This document shows positions 57,402-64,000 of a DNA stretch of 64,000 nt, piece by piece. The position numbers and the translations under genes are program-made. The stretch comes from Gemmatimonadota bacterium. Lineage in GTDB: Bacteria; Gemmatimonadota; Gemmatimonadetes; Longimicrobiales; RSA9. The stretch spans positions 10,710 to 74,709 of the forward strand of contig JBBDRO010000106.1 of assembly GCA_040905425.1 (NCBI GenBank). The letters run 5' to 3'. Each line of letters opens with the position of its first letter. Position 1 is the first letter of the stretch. Below the pieces are notes generated by a model. That model saw only the letters and a list, made by a program, of their open reading frames with translations. It was not told where the DNA came from and made no database searches.

Positions 57402-57964
57402 CCCACAGTGGCCAGGATGGAGCCATGAGCAATGACGAGGTGGATTGGACGGCGGAGGAGCGGGCGGCGCTGGATGCACTGCCCCGGCAGACATCCCCGT
57501 CCGCGGCACTGGAGGAGCGCACGGTGGGCGCGCTGCGCACCCTGGGGGTGCTCGGCGGCGTGCGGCGGCGTGCCCGGCCCGGCGGCGCCTGGTGGGTGGC
57601 CGCGGCGGCCGCGGCGGTGGCCGTCTTCCTGGGCGGCGTCCAGGTGGGCCAGCGCCAGGGGACCCGGCTGGCGGTGGAGACCATCACCGCGGTGCAGGGA
57701 GGAAACGCACGGGACGCCGCGGCGGACGTGCAACGCACGGCCGGCGCCTATCTGAGCGCCCTGGCCATCCTGGCGGAGCGCATGCCGGCCGCCGACTCCG
57801 CGGAGGTGGACCAGGCGCGCCAGGTGGTGCACGCGGCGCTCTCGGCCGCGGCGCGCGAGGCGCTCCGCGTGACGCCCGATGACGCCATGGCCGCGGCCAT
57901 TCGGGCGGTCTCCGGGCGCCAGGAGCCCGTGCTGGGGATGCCCCGGCAGGTGCTCTGGTTCTGA
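57398..57964 (+). CDS. Putative anti-sigma factor (single-pass membrane protein)
   Basis: It overlaps the sigma gene (ATGA) and has one TM helix, 'WWVAAAAAAVAVFLGGV'. I recognise no conserved domain. The call is based on position. Confidence 0.5.
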   Translation: MTHSGQDGAMSNDEVDWTAEERAALDALPRQTSPSAALEERTVGALRTLGVLGGVRRRARPGGAWWVAAAAAAVAVFLGGVQVGQRQGTRLAVETITAVQGGNARDAAADVQRTAGAYLSALAILAERMPAADSAEVDQARQVVHAALSAAAREALRVTPDDAMAAAIRAVSGRQEPVLGMPRQVLWF

Positions 57965-58021
57965 ATGACGGCCGCCGGTCGGTGGCCGCGCGCGATGCGT
58001 ACGAGAAAGTGTGAGGCGGAT

Positions 58022-59266
58022 ATGAGAAACATGAGGCGATCGGGCCTGGTCATGGCGCTGGTGCTGGCGGCGCAGGGGCCGGCGGCGGCGCCGCTGGCGG
58101 CGCAGGGGGCGGCGCAGGGGGCGGCGGCATGCCAGCCTGGCGAGCGCTACGAGGTGGACTTCGGTATCCAGGGGCTCAGCGCGCGGCAGATGGAATTCTC
58201 CGTGCGCCAGGTGGATGGCGTGAGCGCCCGCTCCGTGAGCTTCGGCTCCGAGCCCACTGTCACCGCCGTGCGCGCGGACGGCCCCGCCGAGGGCCGGCTC
58301 CGGCCCGGTGACGTGATCGTGGCCATCGACGGGCGCCTCATCACCACGCGGGCGGCGGGGGAGCGGTGGAGCACGGTGGCCGCGGGCGAGCGGGTGGTGC
58401 TCACCGTGCGGCGGAGCGGCCGCGAGGAGGCCGTGCGCCTGACCACGGGCGAGCGTTGCGCCCGGCCGACCCCGGCGCCGCCGGCGCCCGCGGCCGGCAG
58501 TCCACCCGGGACGCCGCGCGCGGCGGCGCCCCCCGCCGTGGGCGCGGTGGCCGCGGGGCGCGGGGCCAGCGCTTCGCCCGGCGTCCGCTTCCGGCCCGGT
58601 GCGCCATTAGCGCTCGCCGCGCCGCCCCCACCGCCCGCGCCCTCCGTGCTGCCGGACGGCTGGTTCGGCTTCGGGATCTCCTGCTCCGACTGTCAACTGT
58701 CGACGGGTCCAGGGGGGGAGGGCCCCGCCTTCCGCTTCAGCGTGCCGCCCGAGGTGCAGTCGGTGGAGCCGGGCACACCCGCCGCGGCCGCCGGCCTGCA
58801 GTCGGGGGACCTGCTGCTTGCCATCGACGGCGTGGCGCTCACCTCGGAGGCGGGCGGCCGCGCCTTCGCGCGGGTGGAGCCCGGGCAGAACGTACGCTTC
58901 CGCATCCGGCGCGACGCGCGGGCGCTGGACGTGACCATGCGGGCCGTCGCTCGAGAGGGGCGGGAGGCGCCCGCGGCGCAGGCGTTCAGCGTGGGTCGGG
59001 CAGCCACTCCCCTGCCGACGCGTGCGTTCGCGGACCAGGCACGGCCGCCCGCGTCCACGAGCGTTACGGCGGGCAGGGCCAGCTCCGTCACGGCGGCGCC
59101 CACGGTGTCCCGGACCCTGCGCTATTCAGGGACCGTGGGCAATGTGGTCGTGGAGGTGCGCGGCTCGCCCTCCGTGGTGGTCTCGGAGGTGCGTCCCGGC
59201 GGGGACGTCATCATCCGCGTCGGGCAGACGGAGATCCGGGTAACGGCTCCGCCTGGCGGCGGCTGA
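58022..59266 (+). CDS. Secreted protein with two PDZ domains
   Basis: 'GRLRPGDVIVAIDGRLI' and 'AAAAGLQSGDLLLAIDGVAL' are PDZ carboxylate-binding/beta-strand contexts. The signal peptide runs from ATG 58022 (MRNMRRSGLVMALVLAAQG). ATG 57965, directly after the anti-sigma stop, is an alternative start. Confidence 0.65.
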   Translation: MRNMRRSGLVMALVLAAQGPAAAPLAAQGAAQGAAACQPGERYEVDFGIQGLSARQMEFSVRQVDGVSARSVSFGSEPTVTAVRADGPAEGRLRPGDVIVAIDGRLITTRAAGERWSTVAAGERVVLTVRRSGREEAVRLTTGERCARPTPAPPAPAAGSPPGTPRAAAPPAVGAVAAGRGASASPGVRFRPGAPLALAAPPPPPAPSVLPDGWFGFGISCSDCQLSTGPGGEGPAFRFSVPPEVQSVEPGTPAAAAGLQSGDLLLAIDGVALTSEAGGRAFARVEPGQNVRFRIRRDARALDVTMRAVAREGREAPAAQAFSVGRAATPLPTRAFADQARPPASTSVTAGRASSVTAAPTVSRTLRYSGTVGNVVVEVRGSPSVVVSEVRPGGDVIIRVGQTEIRVTAPPGGG

Positions 59267-60410
59267 CGCCGGCGCCGGGGGGCTTTCCGGCTCTGCCCGG
59301 GCCCTCCGGCTCCACCGCCAGCGGCAGCCAGAGCGTGAACGCGGCGCCGCGGCCGGGCGCCGTGACCAGCGTGAGGTCCCCGTCCAGCAGGCGGACCACC
59401 CGGCGGGCAATGGCCAGCCGGAAGCCGCGCGGCCCGCCCACCTGCTCCGCCCGGTGCACCTCCTCGAAGACCCGCTCCGCCTCGGGCAGACCCGGGCCGG
59501 TGTCCGCCACGGTGACGCACATCCAGCGCGCCGGATCCCCCGTGCGTCTGCCCATGCGCACACCCGCCTGGACCGTCACCACGCCCTCCGGTGGCGTGTA
59601 GCGGACCGCGTTGGAGAGCAGCGCGTCCAGCACGTGGCGCACGTGATCCAGGTCGGAGTTCACCAGGGGCAGGTAGTCCGGAATGTCGAGCTGCCAGCGG
59701 ATCCCGCTCGTGCCGGCGGCCAGCGTCTGATCCCGCACCATGTCCCGCAGCACGGCCGCTAGCTGCAGGGGCTCCGGCGAGAGCGCCAGGTTGCCGGTCT
59801 CGGCCCGCGTCAGGTCCATCAGCTCGCCGATGAGGCGCACGCAGCCGTCCACCCCGCGCCGCGCCCGGCGCAGGTACTCCTGCCGCCGCTCCTCCGTCTG
59901 CTCCGGCTCGCCGGCCATGGACGTGAACTCGGCGGCCACACCCAGATTGTCTCGCAGGGCGTAGCCGATAGCGGCCACCAGGCGGAAGCGCGCCTCCATG
60001 GATTGCTCGAGCGCGTCTTCGCGGCACCGGACGTCCTCCTCGAGCAGGACCATGCGCAGGGCGGCCGCCGCGAGGTCGGCCAGCGGCAGGAGGTCGGCCC
60101 GTCCAAGGCGCAGGCGGCGGCCTTCGGGGGGGTGCAGGATGAGTTCGCCCAGCGTGGTGGCATCGGCCTGGACGGGGACGCTGAGCGCCCCGGGGGTGCG
60201 CATGAGCGGGGCAGGGCGCCCCACCGGCGGGGCCTGGCCGGCCGCCGCGCACACCAGCGCATCCACGCCGTCGTGGCGCTCCACGTGGACGCCGGCGGCT
60301 CCAGAGGCGCGCAGCGCCTCCCGGGTGATGATCTCCAGCGCCGCGGACGGGTCGGCCGCCGCCACGGCACGCACCGCGGCGTCGAGCCCCACCGCGTCGG
60401 TGGGGCGCAC
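59211..60410 (-). CDS. Histidine-kinase-like protein (GAF-like N-domain, DHp, HATPase_c) lacking the phospho-acceptor His
   Basis: N box 'LLSNAVRYTP' and G1 'VADTGPGLP'. The H-box aligns as 'AAIGYALRDNLG' against the consensus 'SHELRTPL', with Tyr150 (59961..59963) in place of His. There is no adjacent response regulator. Confidence 0.7.
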   Translation of the reverse strand: MRPTDAVGLDAAVRAVAAADPSAALEIITREALRASGAAGVHVERHDGVDALVCAAAGQAPPVGRPAPLMRTPGALSVPVQADATTLGELILHPPEGRRLRLGRADLLPLADLAAAALRMVLLEEDVRCREDALEQSMEARFRLVAAIGYALRDNLGVAAEFTSMAGEPEQTEERRQEYLRRARRGVDGCVRLIGELMDLTRAETGNLALSPEPLQLAAVLRDMVRDQTLAAGTSGIRWQLDIPDYLPLVNSDLDHVRHVLDALLSNAVRYTPPEGVVTVQAGVRMGRRTGDPARWMCVTVADTGPGLPEAERVFEEVHRAEQVGGPRGFRLAIARRVVRLLDGDLTLVTAPGRGAAFTLWLPLAVEPEGPGRAGKPPGAGVSRRQAEPLPGSPSARRG

Positions 60411-60496
60411 GGGCTGGTTGGCAGGCGGATACAGGGGAACCTCCAGTGCGGTCGCACTCGGGGACGGGCGGCCGCTTCACCCGCGTGAGTTGCACC

Positions 60497-60534
60497 GCCC
60501 GTGCCAGCCCCGCTCGGGCGGGGCTGGCACGGGC
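60497..60534. terminator. Very stable 17-bp perfect hairpin (candidate terminator or structured element)
   Basis: GCCCGTGCCAGCCCCGC-tcgg-GCGGGGCTGGCACGGGC, read directly from the sequence. It lies about 120 nt downstream of the L,D-transpeptidase gene and about 90 nt upstream of the kinase-like gene. There is no U-tract on either strand. Confidence 0.45.
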
Positions 60535-60656
60535 CGAAATCCCGGCTACCGCCGGGAACTCACGTCAGCGGCGGGAGCGCGCGTGGCGCGAACGTCGCTT
60601 TGATGAGGCCTGGGATCGACAATTAAGTGCTATGGGTCGGCAGAAAAGTGCTGCCC

Positions 60657-61619
60657 TCAGACGCCGCCGCCGCCCGCTGCGGTCCGGCCCACCGGACGGC
60701 CCACCGGCCCGTCCTCCACCGGTGCCGCTGGTGCACCCGGGAGCGCGCCTGCCACGCCGTTCACAATGTAGCGGCCATCGGCCAGCACGCCGATGGCGGG
60801 CAGCGTGCGGCTTTCCTCGAAATGCGTGTACGCGGGCCGCAACCCCTCCCAGAAGGCCAGCAGCTCCGGCTGCTCCCCGAAGACCCGGTGCAACTGCTCC
60901 ATGTCATAGTCTTCGAGACGGGCCGGGAAGATGTGCACGGGGATGCGCTCCTGGCCGCCCGCACGGGCTTCGACCGCCAGCCAGTAAATCTCCTTGATGG
61001 CCTCGTCGTTGACCGCAATGCAGCCAGCGGTCTGGCAGCCGCCGTGGATGAAGATCTCGCCGCCCGCGCCTGCGGGATGCCCCAGGGCGCGGTCGGAGCG
61101 GTTCGGGTAGTCCAGGTGGAGGGAGAGGTGGAAGTCACTCTCCGGGTTGAAGAAGTCCAGCGCGTAGAAGCCTTCGGGCGTCTGCCCGTCCCCCTCCTGC
61201 CGCTTGGGGCCGAGCGATCCCTCCAGGGCGCACACCAGGTACTGGTTCAGCAACTCGTAGCGCTCACCGCCCGTGGGCCGCGCCCACACCTCGAGGACGC
61301 GCTCGCGCTTGAACACGCGGACATAGAGCTCGGCGGCGGGGTAGGTGATGCCCCGTTCGCGGTAGAGTTCCTTGATGCCGAAGCGCGTCTGCAGGCGCGC
61401 CTCCTTGACGCGGGGATACTCGAGCTGATGGCTGGCGAACGGACTGGCGAAGGGCCAGCCCAGCGGTCGCTCGTCGGGGCCCGCGGCCTCGGCGGCGGCG
61501 CCCGCGAATGCCACGGGTGTGCCCACCGGGCCCTGGGCCGCGACAGGCGTCGGAAGGACCATGGTTGCGGCCAGCAGGCACAGGGCCATGCGGGTCGATA
61601 GATGCAAAAAGGCGCTCAT
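60657..61619 (-). CDS. L,D-transpeptidase (YkuD/ErfK family) catalytic-domain protein
   Basis: 'IFIHGGCQTAGCIAVNDEAI' fits the H...G-C active-site motif. It has a signal peptide from ATG 61619 (alternative start 61589). Confidence 0.75.
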   Translation of the reverse strand: MSAFLHLSTRMALCLLAATMVLPTPVAAQGPVGTPVAFAGAAAEAAGPDERPLGWPFASPFASHQLEYPRVKEARLQTRFGIKELYRERGITYPAAELYVRVFKRERVLEVWARPTGGERYELLNQYLVCALEGSLGPKRQEGDGQTPEGFYALDFFNPESDFHLSLHLDYPNRSDRALGHPAGAGGEIFIHGGCQTAGCIAVNDEAIKEIYWLAVEARAGGQERIPVHIFPARLEDYDMEQLHRVFGEQPELLAFWEGLRPAYTHFEESRTLPAIGVLADGRYIVNGVAGALPGAPAAPVEDGPVGRPVGRTAAGGGGV

Positions 61620-61863
61620 GCCATCCCCGTGGTGATGCAAGATTCCCCCGCGCCGGTGCGCAAGAAGCCTTCCGCTGAAGCTGGCGCTGCGCGGCCGGCG
61701 TGGCAACCTTCGGGGACGAACAGTATTGACGCGGCACCGCGTGCAACGCACAATTGCATATACTCCACGCGCGCGGACGCGGCTGTATTCGTACCGCGTG
61801 CGTCTCTCCCGGTTCCACGCACCAACGCTCTCCCGGTCGCCGGCCGGGCAAGCCGAAGCAGGC

Positions 61864-63936
61864 ATGACCGAAGCACCTCCGCCCGTCAGCGAAATCGCAA
61901 CGGATGGCCAGGCTCTCCCCGCGGGGGAGGGGATCGTCATCTTCGACGAGGACTGGCGCGTCGTCTCCATCGAGGGGGCGGCGGCCGGGCTGCTGGGCTG
62001 CGCCCGTGAGATGCTGGTGGGCCGCGTGCTGTGGGACGCGCTGCCCCATCTCGTGGGCACCGCGCTGCACAATCGGCTGCTGCGCTGCCGCGTGGACGGC
62101 ATCGTGGCGTCCTTTCACGAGCCGGCAGCGCACCTGCCCGTGGACATGAATCTGCGGGCCGAACCGGTGGACGGTGGCTTCCGCCTCCACCTGGCCGCCT
62201 TCGCCCCCCCGCCCGGGACCGAGTCCCCGACCGGAACTCCGCCCGCCACCCGAGACCCGGAGGCCTCTTTCCGGGCTGTCTTCGAGGAGGCGGGTGACGC
62301 CATCCTGGTTCTGGACGCCGGCCTGTGCGTGACGCATGCCAACCAGGCGGCGCGCGAGCTGCTGGGGACGGAGGGTGCGCCGCGCCTCCGCTCTCTCCTG
62401 GCGGACGCGGCCGAAGGTGAGGCGCTCGAGGCGGAGGTGCATCGCGGACCACACCGGGTAGCCCGGGAACTCCGCCTGCGCAGGAGCGACGGCGCCGTGG
62501 TGGACTGCCTGGCCAGTGTGAGCGCCCGGCACGACGCCACGGGGGCGGTTGCGGGTTTTCAGGCCATCCTGCACGACGTCACCGAGCGCAAGGCCGATGA
62601 GGCCGCCCTGCGGGGCGCCTTCCACGACCCGCTTACGGGGCTGCCCAACCGCGCACTCTTCCTGGACCGCCTGGGCCGCGTCATGAAGCACGCCCGCCGG
62701 CGGCGCGGCTACCGCTACGGCGTGCTGTTCATTGACCTCGACCGCTTCAAGCAGGTGAATGACGCGCACGGCCACATGGTGGGTGACGACCTGCTGGTCA
62801 TGGTGGCGCGCCGGCTCGAGCAGAGCATCCGCCAGGAGGACACCGCCGGTCGCATCGGCGGGGACGAGTTCGCGGTGCTGCTGGACGCCATCACCGACGT
62901 GGCCAGCGCCACGCTGGTGGCCGGCCGGGTGCTGGAGGAGCTGGCGCGGCCGTGCAGCGTGGGAGGACGGGAGTTGAACATCTCGGCGAGCATCGGCATT
63001 GCTCTGAGTATGACCGGCTACGACACGGCGGAGGCCATCCTCCACGACGCCGACACGGCCATGTACCGGGCCAAGTCGAGCGGCCGCGGCCGCTACGAGA
63101 TCTTCGATACGGGGATGCAGGAGCGGGTGCGGATCGAAAAGCGGTTGGAGGAGGAGCTACGGGAAGCGCTGACGCGGACCGAGTTCGCGCTTCACTATCT
63201 GCCGGTCATCTCACTCGAGGGTGGCGCGCTCACCGGCATGGAGGCGCTGGTGCGGTGGACGCACCCTTCGCGGGGCACGCTGCTGCCGGCCGAATTCATG
63301 GGCGTGGCGGAGAAGTCCGGGCTCATCGTGGAACTGGGCTGGTGGGTTCTGCGCGAGGCGTGTCGTCAACTGCGCCAGTGGCAGGACCGGTTCCCCGACA
63401 CCACCTTCCAGCTCACCATGAGCGTGAACCTGTCCGCCCGGCAGTTCTGCCAGCCGGATCTGGTGGAGGTGGTGGACGGCATCCTGGAGGAGACCGGCCT
63501 GGACCCGTGCTGCCTGCGCCTGGAGATGCCGGAGGCCGCCGTCACGGAGGACCGGGACACGGCGCTGACCGTCCTGGGGCAGCTCCGCCAGCGTGGCGTG
63601 GGCCTGTGCATCGACGACTTCGGCACGGGCTTCACCTCGCTGAGTGAGCTGCGCCGGTTGCCCATCTCCTCGGTGAAGATCGATCGGTCCTTGATCGGTG
63701 AGCTCCACAACGGCGCCTCGGGGCGGGGCATGGTGCAGACCATCGTGGCGCTCGGCCAGCACATGGCCATCGACGCGGTGGCCGAGGGCGTGGAGACGCC
63801 GGAGCAGCTGGCCGAGCTGCGCGCCCTGGGCGCGCGTTTCGCGCAGGGGTTCCTCTTCTCGCTCCCGCTGGAGGCCGCGGCGGCCGCCGAACTTCTGGCC
63901 TATCCGCCGGCCGAGCCGGTGCCGGTGCCGGTGTGA
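61864..63936 (+). CDS. PAS-PAS-GGDEF-EAL cyclic-di-GMP turnover protein
   Basis: It has an intact 'RIGGDEFAV' and 'EALVRW...DDFGTGF'. There are two PAS-like N-terminal modules. ATG 61864. Confidence 0.9.
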   Translation: MTEAPPPVSEIATDGQALPAGEGIVIFDEDWRVVSIEGAAAGLLGCAREMLVGRVLWDALPHLVGTALHNRLLRCRVDGIVASFHEPAAHLPVDMNLRAEPVDGGFRLHLAAFAPPPGTESPTGTPPATRDPEASFRAVFEEAGDAILVLDAGLCVTHANQAARELLGTEGAPRLRSLLADAAEGEALEAEVHRGPHRVARELRLRRSDGAVVDCLASVSARHDATGAVAGFQAILHDVTERKADEAALRGAFHDPLTGLPNRALFLDRLGRVMKHARRRRGYRYGVLFIDLDRFKQVNDAHGHMVGDDLLVMVARRLEQSIRQEDTAGRIGGDEFAVLLDAITDVASATLVAGRVLEELARPCSVGGRELNISASIGIALSMTGYDTAEAILHDADTAMYRAKSSGRGRYEIFDTGMQERVRIEKRLEEELREALTRTEFALHYLPVISLEGGALTGMEALVRWTHPSRGTLLPAEFMGVAEKSGLIVELGWWVLREACRQLRQWQDRFPDTTFQLTMSVNLSARQFCQPDLVEVVDGILEETGLDPCCLRLEMPEAAVTEDRDTALTVLGQLRQRGVGLCIDDFGTGFTSLSELRRLPISSVKIDRSLIGELHNGASGRGMVQTIVALGQHMAIDAVAEGVETPEQLAELRALGARFAQGFLFSLPLEAAAAAELLAYPPAEPVPVPV

Positions 63937-63938
63937 GG

Positions 63939-64000
63939 ATGCGCGCGGGGCGCGCCTGTCTCGTGGCCGCAGTGCTGGCGGCCGCGTGCGGCGGCGACGC
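63939..64000 (+). CDS. Start of a lipoprotein gene (continues beyond the window; possibly another propeller paralog)
   Basis: 'MRAGRACLVAAVLAAACGGD' has a lipobox like those of P2, P3 and P6. Only 20 codons are visible. Confidence 0.4.
   Translation, partial: MRAGRACLVAAVLAAACGGD

Noticed and set aside
58440-58660. Pro/Ala-rich coding tract in the PDZ protein that looks repeat-like at the DNA level
   Set aside because: It is a low-complexity linker (PAPPAPAAGSPPGTP...APPPPPAP) without exact tandem DNA units. It is not a repeat element or a CRISPR-like array.

Overview
This is a very GC-rich, gene-dense chromosomal segment. I call about 56 protein-coding genes and find no rRNA, tRNA, CRISPR array, transposase, integrase or prophage signature. 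Many long ORFs in the track are antisense or off-frame shadows typical of high-GC DNA. I called genes from recognisable protein motifs, signal peptides, Shine-Dalgarno spacing, and the frequent 1-4 nt stop/start overlaps (ATGA, TGATG, GTGA) that mark operons.

Main content:
- Secreted or envelope peptide-processing enzymes: two S15 X-Pro/CocE-type hydrolases, S9 DPP-IV, an M14 carboxypeptidase, an M56 BlaR1-like protease, CapA, an L,D-transpeptidase, a lytic transglycosylase and a dipeptide epimerase.
- Two tandem TolC-like paralogs.
- A Moco-maturation operon (mocA-xdhC-xdhC_N) coupled to a Glu/Leu/Phe/Val dehydrogenase.
- A three-subunit molybdenum hydroxylase. Its FAD subunit carries the extra Cys-rich insertion typical of 4-hydroxybenzoyl-CoA-reductase-type enzymes.
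- Housekeeping genes: fba, thrB, thrC, bcp, lspA and ispG.
- Signalling genes: LytS/LytTR, ECF sigma/anti-sigma/PDZ, a His-less histidine-kinase-like protein, and PAS-GGDEF-EAL.

The most unusual feature is a family of eight paralogous NHL-like 6-bladed beta-propeller (lipo)proteins, with a possible ninth at the window end. They sit in three clusters, and two clusters are wired to signalling modules:
- A blaI-blaR1-like pair is translationally chained to three tandem propeller genes. The BlaR1-like protein has two TonB-receptor-Plug-like repeats in place of a penicillin-sensor domain.
- A LytS/LytTR pair sits behind one propeller gene. It is divergently transcribed from a membrane-protein/propeller/DinB/propeller operon.

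I regard these as the best candidates for an undescribed system. All functional calls rest on motif recognition by eye and need HMM/BLAST confirmation. The taxon guess (Gemmatimonadota-like) is inference only.
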